Assembly (NCBI RefSeq): GCF_050920415.1
Contig: NZ_CP169309.1
DNA length: 64,000 nucleotides
Strand: one strand, 5' to 3'
From: Escherichia coli
Lineage (GTDB): Bacteria; Pseudomonadota; Gammaproteobacteria; Enterobacterales; Enterobacteriaceae
In this document: positions 9,711 to 20,300 of the stretch, piece after piece
Layout of the letters: every line of letters starts with the position of its first letter
How positions within the stretch are numbered: the stretch's first letter is position 1
Translations under genes and position numbers: made by a program
Notes under the pieces: generated by a model
What the model saw: only the letters and a program-made list of their open reading frames with translations
What the model was told of the DNA's origin: nothing
Database searches by the model: none

Positions 9711-11102
9711 ATGCTGGCTTTCTTAAACCAGGTTCGCAAGCCGACCCTGGATCTTCCGCTCGAAGTGCGGCGCAAAATGTGGTTCAAACCGTTCATGCAA
9801 TCCTACCTGGTGGTCTTTATCGGCTACCTGACGATGTACCTGATTCGCAAGAACTTTAACATCGCGCAGAACGACATGATCTCGACCTACGGCTTGAGCA
9901 TGACGCAGCTGGGGATGATCGGCCTGGGCTTCTCCATCACTTATGGTGTGGGTAAAACACTGGTTTCCTATTACGCCGACGGCAAAAACACCAAACAATT
10001 CCTGCCGTTCATGCTGATCTTGTCTGCCATTTGTATGTTGGGCTTCAGTGCCAGTATGGGCAGCGGCTCGGTTAGTCTGTTCCTGATGATTGCCTTCTAC
10101 GCCTTAAGCGGCTTTTTCCAGAGTACCGGGGGATCGTGCAGTTACTCCACCATCACCAAATGGACGCCGCGTCGTAAGCGCGGGACGTTCCTCGGTTTCT
10201 GGAATATTTCTCACAATCTTGGCGGTGCGGGCGCGGCAGGTGTGGCGCTGTTCGGCGCAAATTACCTGTTTGACGGCCATGTAATCGGCATGTTTATTTT
10301 CCCGTCCATCATCGCGTTGATTGTCGGTTTTATCGGCCTTCGTTACGGCAGCGACTCCCCGGAATCTTATGGCCTCGGCAAAGCTGAAGAACTGTTCGGC
10401 GAAGAGATCAGCGAAGAGGACAAAGAGACAGAATCTACCGATATGACCAAGTGGCAGATCTTTGTTGAGTATGTGCTGAAAAACAAAGTGATCTGGCTGC
10501 TGTGCTTCGCCAACATTTTCCTCTATGTGGTGCGTATTGGTATCGACCAGTGGTCAACCGTGTATGCGTTCCAGGAACTGAAACTCTCTAAAGCGGTGGC
10601 GATTCAGGGCTTTACGCTGTTTGAAGCTGGTGCGCTGGTGGGTACGCTGTTGTGGGGCTGGCTCTCTGACCTGGCGAACGGTCGCCGTGGCCTGGTGGCC
10701 TGCATCGCGCTGGCGCTGATTATCGCCACGCTCGGTGTGTATCAACATGCCAGCAACGAATATATCTACCTGGCTTCTCTCTTTGCGTTGGGTTTCCTGG
10801 TCTTTGGCCCGCAATTGTTGATTGGTGTGGCTGCTGTTGGCTTTGTACCTAAAAAAGCCATTGGCGCTGCCGATGGTATTAAAGGCACCTTCGCTTACCT
10901 GATTGGCGACAGCTTTGCCAAGTTAGGTCTGGGGATGATTGCCGATGGTACGCCGGTATTCGGCCTTACCGGCTGGGCAGGCACCTTTGCTGCACTGGAT
11001 ATCGCCGCGATTGGTTGTATCTGCCTGATGGCGATAGTGGCGGTGATGGAAGAACGCAAAATCCGCCGCGAGAAAAAGATTCAGCAGTTGACAGTGGCAT
11101 AA
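9711..11102 (+). CDS. uhpT: Hexose-6-phosphate:phosphate antiporter UhpT (MFS, organophosphate:Pi antiporter family)
   Basis: 463-aa MFS ORF downstream of uhpABC. Confidence 0.95.
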
Positions 11103-11120
11103 ACGTAACTGGTGACTTTT

Positions 11121-11147
11121 GCCCGGCATGACGCCGGGCTTTTTTTA
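11121..11147. terminator. Bidirectional intrinsic terminator between convergent uhpT and ade (gcccggc-atgac-gccgggc + T8)
   Basis: Perfect 7-bp inverted repeat followed by T-tract. Confidence 0.7.
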
Positions 11148-12914
11148 TTATTCCGTGACTTCCAGCGTGGTGAAGGCAAACTTTTCACCATCAAACAGCC
11201 CCTGGCTGGTCAGTTTCAGTGCGGGGATAACTGGCAGGGAAAGAAACGCCATCTGAATAAACGGCTCATCCGGTAACGGACCACATTCACGGGCGGCAGC
11301 TTTCAATGCGTCAATTTGCTCCGCCAGCGACTGCGCCGTGTCGGTGCTCATCAGCCCGGCAATGGGCAATGGCAGATGGCTCTGTACCTGACCGTTACGT
11401 ACTACGCATAGTCCGCCGCCATCCTGAATCACCTGATTGACCGCCAGCGCCATCTCTTCAGCACTACGACCGATCACCACAATATTATGGCTGTCATGGC
11501 TGACTGTCGCAGCCAGCGCGCCTTCATTCAGGCCAAAGCCGCCGAGCAAACCACAAGCCGGAGCCAGCCGTTGCCCGTAACGCTCAAGTACGGCAATAAA
11601 GCACACATCATCGCGATCAAAACCATTTTCGCTGTAGATGCTGGAGCGGGAGTGCGTAATCAATTCGTTATGGATGACGTCAATGACCCGATAGCGTTTT
11701 CCGGGTGTGAATTGCAGGGCAAAGTCGCTGGCAGAAACTGGCTGGCGGGCAATGGTATTGCCATACGGCGGAGCGGATTGTGCCAGTCTTGCCGACTCTT
11801 CCGCCTGTAAGGTTTGCGCGTCAATCGGTTCGCCTTTCACCAGTACCTGCTGCACCGTGACCTTACGTGCATCGCTCAACAGGACGATATCGGCCTGCTT
11901 GCCGGGTGCCAGTAAGCCGAGGTGATTCAGACCAAAATGGCGTGCCGTTGACCAGCTGGCGACGCGATAAGCCACATGCAGCGGTACATTGTGTTGTTCG
12001 ATCAGGCGGCGAATTAAGGCATCGATATGCCCTTCATGGGCGATCTCCCACGGGTTACGGTCATCGGTGCAGAGCATACATTGCGGGCTGTTAAATTCGT
12101 TGAGCAACGGTGCCAGTGCGTTGAGATTGCGGGCAGCGGACCCTTCGCGGATCATCAACGACATGCCGAGTTGTAACTTCCGGCGACCTTCTTCCAGCAG
12201 ATAACTTTCGTGGCAGTTTTCAATACCCGCAGCAATATAGGCATTAAGTTCTTTACCGCCCAAACCCGGGCAGTGACCGTCCAGCGTCAGGTGGCGAAAT
12301 GCGTCCAGTTTATCGAGCAGCGCATTCTGTCCGCTAATTACGCCAGGGTAATCCATCATTTCAGCAAGGCCGGTAACCTGCGGATGGTCACGCCAGGCGA
12401 GCATCTGTTCAAGTGTAAAACTGGCACCGTTAACATCGCAGCCTTCCAGGGCAGGTACGCAAGAACTGACCTGCAAATACTGGTTTTGCCTTGCCTGTTC
12501 GGCACAGCGGGCAAACCAGGCGAATCCGGCTTCGCCCATCACGTTGACGATTTCATGGGGGTCGCAAATAACGGTCGTCAGGCCGCGCGGCAGGGTGGCG
12601 GTTTCAAAAGTAACCGGCGTCATCATGCTGGATTCAATATGCAGGTGAGCATCAATAAACCCTGGCACCGCCGTTGCGCCGCGTGCATCAATCCGCTGCA
12701 AAGCCGGAGCGTCAGCATATTCTGCGCCAACACCGGCAATGTAACGTCCTTTAATCACAATTGGCCCGGAAATTTCTCCGCCATTGATCAGATCGAGAAT
12801 AGAGACATTATCAATAATATAATCGGCAACAGCGTCGCCACGGGAAACGGCTAACAATTCCTGGTATTCAACCCGGCTAATGTGATGAAATTTATGGTTA
12901 ATGGAATTATTCAT
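11148..12914 (-). CDS. ade: Adenine deaminase (amidohydrolase superfamily)
   Basis: 588-aa ORF with metal-binding HxH amidohydrolase motif ([12 protein letters not shown]). Confidence 0.93.
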   Translation of the reverse strand: MNNSINHKFHHISRVEYQELLAVSRGDAVADYIIDNVSILDLINGGEISGPIVIKGRYIAGVGAEYADAPALQRIDARGATAVPGFIDAHLHIESSMMTPVTFETATLPRGLTTVICDPHEIVNVMGEAGFAWFARCAEQARQNQYLQVSSCVPALEGCDVNGASFTLEQMLAWRDHPQVTGLAEMMDYPGVISGQNALLDKLDAFRHLTLDGHCPGLGGKELNAYIAAGIENCHESYLLEEGRRKLQLGMSLMIREGSAARNLNALAPLLNEFNSPQCMLCTDDRNPWEIAHEGHIDALIRRLIEQHNVPLHVAYRVASWSTARHFGLNHLGLLAPGKQADIVLLSDARKVTVQQVLVKGEPIDAQTLQAEESARLAQSAPPYGNTIARQPVSASDFALQFTPGKRYRVIDVIHNELITHSRSSIYSENGFDRDDVCFIAVLERYGQRLAPACGLLGGFGLNEGALAATVSHDSHNIVVIGRSAEEMALAVNQVIQDGGGLCVVRNGQVQSHLPLPIAGLMSTDTAQSLAEQIDALKAAARECGPLPDEPFIQMAFLSLPVIPALKLTSQGLFDGEKFAFTTLEVTE

Positions 12915-13088
12915 ATTTTTCTCATTTTGATTTTATCAATTTGATTATTATTTATCATAAAGAAACGTCGCAAGATTATTAAAGAATATCCATTAATGTG
13001 CAATTGAAATGTGATAATTATCACTGAACCGTTGTTGTCATTTGTTTTACAAAAGCAAGGGATTAAATCTCCTCCAATGGACAAAAAA

Positions 13089-14423
13089 ATGAATAATGAC
13101 AATACCGATTACGTGAGTAATGAATCAGGGACGCTTTCGCGATTATTTAAACTACCTCAGCATGGGACCACCGTCCGCACAGAATTGATTGCGGGGATGA
13201 CCACTTTTTTAACCATGGTGTACATCGTTTTTGTGAACCCGCAAATCCTCGGCGCGGCACAAATGGACCCGAAAGTGGTGTTTGTTACCACCTGTTTGAT
13301 TGCCGGTATCGGCAGTATTGCGATGGGGATATTTGCTAACTTACCCGTGGCGCTGGCTCCGGCAATGGGGCTGAACGCCTTCTTTGCGTTCGTTGTCGTG
13401 GGGGCGATGGGCATCTCCTGGCAGACCGGGATGGGCGCAATATTCTGGGGCGCAATTGGGCTATTTTTGCTCACGCTGTTTCGCATCCGGTACTGGATGA
13501 TCTCCAACATTCCATTAAGTTTACGTATTGGTATCACTAGCGGAATCGGATTATTTATCGCCTTAATGGGGTTAAAAAATACTGGTGTTATTGTCGCCAA
13601 TAAAGACACCCTGGTGATGATTGGTGATTTAAGTTCTCACGGTGTGTTGTTAGGTATATTAGGGTTTTTTATTATAACCGTGTTGTCATCTCGTCATTTT
13701 CATGCCGCGGTGCTGGTCTCTATTGTGGTGACGTCTTGCTGTGGATTATTTTTCGGTGATGTTCATTTTAGCGGCGTCTATTCCATTCCGCCTGATATTA
13801 GCGGCGTCATTGGTGAAGTGGATTTGAGTGGCGCATTATCACTTGAACTCGCTGGTATCATTTTCTCCTTTATGCTGATCAACCTATTTGATTCATCAGG
13901 AACATTAATCGGTGTGACTGATAAAGCTGGCTTAATAGATAGTAACGGTAAATTCCCTAATATGAATAAGGCGCTGTATGTTGATAGCGTCAGTTCGGTG
14001 GCGGGCGCGTTTATCGGCACCTCGTCTGTTACCGCCTATATTGAAAGTACTTCTGGTGTGGCAGTTGGTGGTCGAACGGGGCTGACTGCGGTCGTGGTCG
14101 GCATTATGTTTCTGTTGGTTATGTTTTTCTCGCCGCTGGTGGCAATGGTCCCTCCTTACGCCACCGCCGGAGCGTTAATCTTTGTTGGCGTGCTGATGAC
14201 CTCAAGCCTGGCGCGCGTTAACTGGGATGATTTTACCGAATCAGTACCTGCATTTATTACTACGGTGATGATGCCCTTTACTTTCTCGATCACCGAAGGG
14301 ATTGCGCTTGGCTTTATGTCGTACTGCATCATGAAGGTGTGCACCGGGCGCTGGCGCGATCTGAACCTGTGTGTGGTGGTGGTTGCAGCTCTGTTTGCTC
14401 TGAAGATTATTTTGGTGGATTAG
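13089..14423 (+). CDS. adeQ: Adenine permease (NCS2/AzgA-like purine transporter); native start probably MNNDNTDY (track ORF starts at 13011)
   Basis: Polytopic membrane protein divergent from ade; synteny with K-12 yicO. Confidence 0.88.
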   Translation: MNNDNTDYVSNESGTLSRLFKLPQHGTTVRTELIAGMTTFLTMVYIVFVNPQILGAAQMDPKVVFVTTCLIAGIGSIAMGIFANLPVALAPAMGLNAFFAFVVVGAMGISWQTGMGAIFWGAIGLFLLTLFRIRYWMISNIPLSLRIGITSGIGLFIALMGLKNTGVIVANKDTLVMIGDLSSHGVLLGILGFFIITVLSSRHFHAAVLVSIVVTSCCGLFFGDVHFSGVYSIPPDISGVIGEVDLSGALSLELAGIIFSFMLINLFDSSGTLIGVTDKAGLIDSNGKFPNMNKALYVDSVSSVAGAFIGTSSVTAYIESTSGVAVGGRTGLTAVVVGIMFLLVMFFSPLVAMVPPYATAGALIFVGVLMTSSLARVNWDDFTESVPAFITTVMMPFTFSITEGIALGFMSYCIMKVCTGRWRDLNLCVVVVAALFALKIILVD

Positions 14424-14475
14424 TAACTGGCGAGGGTTTCCAGATATCATGAGTTCTGATTACGCAGGAGAACTC

Positions 14476-14928
14476 ATGATCTGGATAATGCTCGCTACGC
14501 TGGCGGTGGTGTTTGTAATTGGTTTTCGGGTGCTGACATCCGGGGCCAGAAAGGCGATTCGCCGTCTCAGCGATCGGCTGAATATTGATGTCGTACCCGT
14601 GGAGTCGATGGTCGATCAAATGGGAAAGTCAGCCGGTGAGGAATTTTTACGTTATTTGCATCGCCCGGATGAGTCGCACCTGCAAAACGCCGCGCAGGTG
14701 TTGCTCATCTGGCAAATTGTCATTGTCGATGGAAGCGAACAGAACCTGCTGCAATGGCATCGGATTTTACAAAAAGCTCGCCTCGCCGCGCCGATTACCG
14801 ATGCTCAGGTCAGGCTGGCGCTGGGTTTTCTGCGCGAAACCGAACCTGAAATGCAGGATATTAATGCTTTTCAGATGCGCTATAACGCATTCTTTCAGCC
14901 TGCTGAGGGCGTTCACTGGCTGCATTAA
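14476..14928 (+). CDS. yicN: DUF1198-family small membrane-anchored protein YicN (track ORF starts at 14449)
   Basis: 150-aa ORF downstream of adeQ; synteny. Confidence 0.8.
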   Translation: MIWIMLATLAVVFVIGFRVLTSGARKAIRRLSDRLNIDVVPVESMVDQMGKSAGEEFLRYLHRPDESHLQNAAQVLLIWQIVIVDGSEQNLLQWHRILQKARLAAPITDAQVRLALGFLRETEPEMQDINAFQMRYNAFFQPAEGVHWLH

Positions 14929-14959
14929 AACCGTTTCGTCTTATTAGCCTACAGACCGC

Positions 14960-15010
14960 GCCTGAGCTGGTGGGTGGATAAGGCGTGCACGCCGCATCCG
15001 GCATCGGAAC
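14960..15010. repeat. REP (repetitive extragenic palindrome) element
   Basis: ggataaggcgtgcacgccgcatccggca matches E. coli REP consensus. Confidence 0.7.
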
Positions 15011-15043
15011 TGACAGTAGGTGAACGCATTATCTACGTTCTAT

Positions 15044-15367
15044 TTACAGCAGCACCTCCAGCCCGTGTTTTTGCACAATGCTGAGCAGTTTTAATGAAAT
15101 GCCATTGGGGCGTTTAGCGCCACTTTCCCATTTTTGTACAGTTGAAACGCTGGTATTGAGATAGTGAGCGAAGACGGGCTGACTCACTTTTAATTTTTCC
15201 CGCAGTGCTTTTATCTCAACAGGTTGTAAGTCTTGCACGCTGGTCAGGCAGGCTTTGTCAAAAGTACGCATCGTTTCGGCAGAAATAGCATCGACGCTGG
15301 ACAATCCAGCAGCTGCGCTGTGAATAGCCTCAAATGCAGGACTTTTAAATTTAGTTTTTGCAGTCAT
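15044..15367 (-). CDS. HTH (XRE-like) antitoxin, HigA-2-like; downstream partner of the toxin gene
   Basis: 107-aa ORF with C-terminal helix-turn-helix (VSQPVFAHYLNTSVSTVQKWESG), overlaps toxin ORF by 17 nt. Confidence 0.7.
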   Translation of the reverse strand: MTAKTKFKSPAFEAIHSAAAGLSSVDAISAETMRTFDKACLTSVQDLQPVEIKALREKLKVSQPVFAHYLNTSVSTVQKWESGAKRPNGISLKLLSIVQKHGLEVLL

Positions 15368-15710
15368 AGCAGATCTCTGTCAGTTCTTTAGTGTTAATCA
15401 TTGCTGTTAGTTGGGCTTTCGTCAGGAAGGCATAATGCTTTGCAAGTTCACGAAACCCAGCCAGTTCCTGACTATTGATGTTCGACATATCCTGTTTTGC
15501 ATATAAAAACGTGTAAAACCAATTGCTTCCCCCTTTTGCCAGAATAATTGCACGCTCACGATTTTGGTGAAGGCGCTTTTTAAAAACGCCACCACCAAGT
15601 GCATCAGCTTTACCTTGCTCCGTTTCTAAAATGGCCCGGCACAACTCTTCATCTGTTATTGCATGAGACCTGGCTTCCCTTGCAAACCATTTGGTTTTAA
15701 ACACGCGCAT
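15351..15710 (-). CDS. RelE/ParE-superfamily toxin, HigB-2-like (toxin-first gene order)
   Basis: 119-aa ORF; pattern GGG..KKR...RERAIILAKGG.NWFYTFLYAKQD resembles HigB-2-type toxins; paired with HTH antitoxin. Confidence 0.65.
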   Translation of the reverse strand: MRVFKTKWFAREARSHAITDEELCRAILETEQGKADALGGGVFKKRLHQNRERAIILAKGGSNWFYTFLYAKQDMSNINSQELAGFRELAKHYAFLTKAQLTAMINTKELTEICYDCKN

Positions 15711-15937
15711 ATCGTTGAGGTCCTGTTATTAAAGTATATCACCAAGTGCAATACTTTATCCCTTATTCCTAACCCAATCGCGAAAATGCATATCAGCTTG
15801 CCCTATGATTTTTATTTCTTCGAGCAGCCTCGAACTTTTCCCACAACACCGTAAAAGTTGCAAAAACGTTAAATGTGTCACACATTTCAGTGTTAAAGTG
15901 GTCGGCTTTTCCGTTGAAACATGCCACGGGTAACACC

Positions 15938-17122
15938 ATGAGTGAATTTATTGCCGAAAACCGCGGCGCGGATGCCATCATCCGACCGAACTGGTCCGCC
16001 GTTTTCTCGGTAGCGTTTTGCGTCGCCTGCCTGATTATCGTTGAGTTTTTGCCCGTCAGTTTGTTGACGCCAATGGCCCAGGATTTAGGTATTTCGGAAG
16101 GGGTTGCCGGGCAATCGGTGACCGTGACCGCCTTTGTGGCAATGTTTGCCAGTTTGTTTATTACCCAGACAATTCAGGCCACTGACCGCCGCTACGTTGT
16201 TATTTTGTTTGCCGTTTTGCTGACGCTCTCCTGCTTGCTGGTTTCCTTTGCCAACTCATTCAGTTTGCTTTTAATCGGTCGTGCCTGTCTGGGGTTGGCA
16301 CTCGGCGGGTTCTGGGCGATGTCGGCGTCGCTGACCATGCGTCTGGTACCAGCGCGTACGGTGCCGAAGGCGCTGTCGGTGATTTTCGGCGCGGTTTCTA
16401 TTGCGCTGGTGATAGCCGCACCGTTGGGTAGCTTTTTAGGTGAGCTTATCGGTTGGCGCAATGTCTTTAATGCGGCGGCGGTGATGGGCGTGCTGTGTAT
16501 TATCTGGATTATCAAATCATTGCCTTCGCTGCCTAGCGAACCCTCGCATCAGAAGCAAAATACTTTCCGCTTATTACAGCGTCCGGGCGTGATGGCCGGG
16601 ATGATCGCCATCTTCATGTCTTTCGCCGGGCAGTTTGCTTTCTTCACGTATATTCGTCCAGTGTATATGAATCTCGCAGGATTCGGCGTGGATGGCTTAA
16701 CGCTGGTGCTGTTGAGTTTTGGTATCGCCAGCTTTATCGGCACGTCGCTTTCGTCGTTCATTCTTAAACATTCGGTAAAACTGGCCTTAGCAGGTGCGCC
16801 GTTAATACTGGCTCTGAGTGCGTTGGTGCTGACGTTGTGGGGAAGCGATAAAATCGTGGCGACCGGCGTTGCGATTATCTGGGGGCTGACTTTTGCTTTA
16901 ATTCCCGTTGGCTGGTCAACGTGGATCACTCGCTCACTGGCCGATCAGGCAGAAAAAGCCGGGTCTATTCAAGTGGCGGTTATTCAGCTTGCTAATACTT
17001 GTGGCGCAGCAATCGGCGGTTATGCGTTGGATAATATTGGTCTGACTTCGCCGCTGATGTTGTCCGGCACATTGATGTTGCTTACCGCGCTGTTAGTCAC
17101 CGCAAAGGTGAAAATGAAGTAA
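15938..17122 (+). CDS. nepI: Purine ribonucleoside efflux pump NepI (MFS); track ORF starts at 15875
   Basis: 12-TM MFS protein starting [13 protein letters not shown]; synteny with K-12 yicM. Confidence 0.9.
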   Translation: MSEFIAENRGADAIIRPNWSAVFSVAFCVACLIIVEFLPVSLLTPMAQDLGISEGVAGQSVTVTAFVAMFASLFITQTIQATDRRYVVILFAVLLTLSCLLVSFANSFSLLLIGRACLGLALGGFWAMSASLTMRLVPARTVPKALSVIFGAVSIALVIAAPLGSFLGELIGWRNVFNAAAVMGVLCIIWIIKSLPSLPSEPSHQKQNTFRLLQRPGVMAGMIAIFMSFAGQFAFFTYIRPVYMNLAGFGVDGLTLVLLSFGIASFIGTSLSSFILKHSVKLALAGAPLILALSALVLTLWGSDKIVATGVAIIWGLTFALIPVGWSTWITRSLADQAEKAGSIQVAVIQLANTCGAAIGGYALDNIGLTSPLMLSGTLMLLTALLVTAKVKMK

Positions 17123-17324
17123 CGTATTTACAGGAGGGGTTACTGCTGTGGTGGGAAAGCTCTCCTGTTCTTCCCCCTGATAACCCTTGATCAGGTATTG
17201 TTCTTATCTTGTTGTTATTTCCATTATTCCGCCTGTATTCATCATTTACTCATCATGAATCATCATTTTCCCTCATGTTAAAGAAAGGTCATTTAATCTG
17301 AACGCATAGCGACAGGGATGACAA

Positions 17325-20300
17325 ATGGCAGGGAAAGCGCATGGGAATGGCGATCGTCGGGGCGATAAAACCATATGTGGATTGGGGGATCGTTTACGTC
17401 GTCTGACCGCCGGTATTTGCCTGATAACACAAACTATTTTCCCTGTTATGGCTGCTGCCCCTACGCATGTTAACCCTGCGCATTCGGATACTGCCGCGTC
17501 ACTGATCCTGTCGAACGTTAAAACTATTCCATACACCTTGGGGGCGTTGGAATCGCCACCAACGGTCGCGGCACGCTTTGGTATTACCGTTGATGAATTA
17601 CGTCGCCTGAATCAGTTCCGTACCTTTGCGCGGGGCTTTGACAATGTGCGTCAGGGCGATGAGATAGATGTACCACTCATCAACAGTAACAGCCCTGAAG
17701 CGCGCACTCTGAAAGCAATGCAGATGGAGCGCGACGGTAAAGATCCACAAATGCAGGTCGCGGAAGTGGCGCAACAAAGTGGGACACTTTTAGCGCGCGA
17801 TATGGACAGCGAACAGGCTGCGAGTATGGCGCGTGGCTGGGTGGCTTCTTCTGTGTCTGCGCAGGCGACAGACTGGCTCAGCCGCTGGGGAACTGCCCGG
17901 GTATCTCTGGGTGTTGATGAAGATTTCAGCCTTAAAAGCTCTTCATTTGAATTTCTCCATCCCTGGTACGAAACGCCAGATAACCTGGTCTTCAGCCAGC
18001 ACACACTTCACCGTACGGATGATCGCACTCAAACCAACCACGGTATCGGCTGGCGTTATTTCACATCGAGCTGGATGTCTGGCGTCAATATGTTTATCGA
18101 TCATGACCTGACCCGCTATCACACCCGAACCGGGATGGGCGTTGAATACTGGCGCGATTACCTGAAACTGAGCGGCAACGGTTATCTGCGCCTCAGTAAC
18201 TGGCGTAGTGCACCGGAACTGGACAATGATTATGAAGCACGCCCGGCGAACGGTTGGGATCTTCGCGCCGAAGGCTGGTTACCGGCCTGGCCGCAGTTGG
18301 GTGGTAAGTTAGTCTATGAACAATATTACGGCGATGAAGTGGCGCTATTTGGTAAAGATGAGCGACAAAATGATCCTCACGCGATTACCGCAGGATTGAG
18401 TTACACCCCCGTTCCCCTGATCTCCTTTAGTGCCGAGCAACGGCAGGGCAAACAGGGAGAAAACGACACCCGAATTGGTATGGAGTTGACGTTGCAACCC
18501 GGTCATTCACTGCAAAAACAGCTCGATCCGGCTGAAGTTGCAGCACGACGCAGCCTTGCGGGCAGTCGCTATGACCTGGTCGATCGTAATAGCAATATTG
18601 TCCTCGAATATCGCAAGAAAGAGCTGGTGCGGTTGACGCTGACCGATCCGCTGAAAGGCAAGCCGGGCGAGGTTAAATCGCTGGTTTCTTCCTTACAAAC
18701 CAAATACGCGCTGAAAGGTTATGACATCGAAGCCGCCGCCCTGCAATCAGCGGGCGGAAAAGTTGCTGTTTCCGGCAAGGATATTCAGGTCACCATTCCT
18801 CCCTACCGATTCACGGCAATGCCTGAAACCGACAACACTTACCCGATAGCGGTTACAGCGGAAGATTCGAAAGGAAATTTCTCCCGGCGTGAAGAAAGTA
18901 TGGTGGTTGTAGAAAAACCCACACTAAGCCTCGCTGATTCAACGCTTTCTGTCGATCTACAAATTCTGCTTGCGGATGGAAAATCAATCTCAACGCTGAC
19001 CTATACCGCGCGAGATTCCAGCGGCAAGCCTATCCCGGGTATGACATTAAAAACCCATGCGAAAGGTTTGCAAGATTTCGCCCTAAGCGAATGGAAAGAC
19101 AACGGTAACGGAACCTATACCCAGTTAGTTACCTCCGGGAAGACGTCAGGCGCGTTGTCGCTGATGCCACAATTTAACGGCGACGATGTTGCTAAAACAC
19201 CAGCGCTGATTGCCATTGTGGCTAATATGGCATCCCGAGCGGACTCCATGATTGAAACAGACCAGAATAATTACGTCGCGGGTAAGCCGATAGGCGTAAA
19301 AGTGACCCTGAAAGATGAGAATGGCAACGGGGTTACCGGAAGAAAAGAACTTCTTAAACAGGCTGTTAAAGTAGACAACACGAAGACTGATGCTGTTAGT
19401 GCCTGGACGGAAGAAAGTGAGGGAGTTTACAAAGCAAACTATACGGCCCATCTCATTGGCGACAAATTAACGGCCCAGCTGACGATGCCCGGCTGGCAAA
19501 CCAAGCATTCGGATGCGTTCAGTATTGCGGGTGATAAAGATACCGCCAAAATCGCTGCGATGCAGATCACCGCGAATAACGCAGTCGCCAGACGCGATCA
19601 CAATACCGTCGCTGTGACGGTCAGGGACGTGCATCAAAATTTACTGCAGGGACAAAATGTTACCTTCACGGTCGTGAATGGTGCGGCGGTTTTTGCCGAT
19701 CCAAATGGCGGTATTGTGACGACAGATAAAGACGGGATTGCCAGCGTTAACCTTGCCAGTGACCAGGCGGTAAACAGTCTTATCAAGGCCGAGATCAATG
19801 GCAGTAGTCAGTCTGTGGAAGTGAGCTTTATCACTGGCGATATCTCGCAGCTAACCTCCACCATCAAGACGGACGATGTGTCATACACCGCGGGTGGCAA
19901 GATAAAAGTGTCAGTTACCCTTATGGATGAGCAGAAAAACCTGGTGAAAGGGATGGCTTCGCTGCTGGCGGGTAGCGGTGTGGTCGAGGTGAGCGGTACA
20001 GATAAAAATGAAACGGGTAACTGGAGCGAAGAGTCTGATGGCGTTTACACCACCACCCGAACCGCGAAGATTGCTGGCAATAGCCATTACGCCACGCTGA
20101 AACTATCGACATGGAGTAGCGCGCAGCAATCCGATGCGTATGTCATCCGCGAAAGCGGAGCTGTGCTGGCTTATTCCTCTATCGTTACCGACAAAACGAC
20201 CTATACCGCAGGCGGTGCGATTAAAGTTACGGTAACGCTCAAGGATAGCTATGAAAACCTGGTCGGGGGGCAACGAGACGCTATCAGCCAGGTTATCCAG

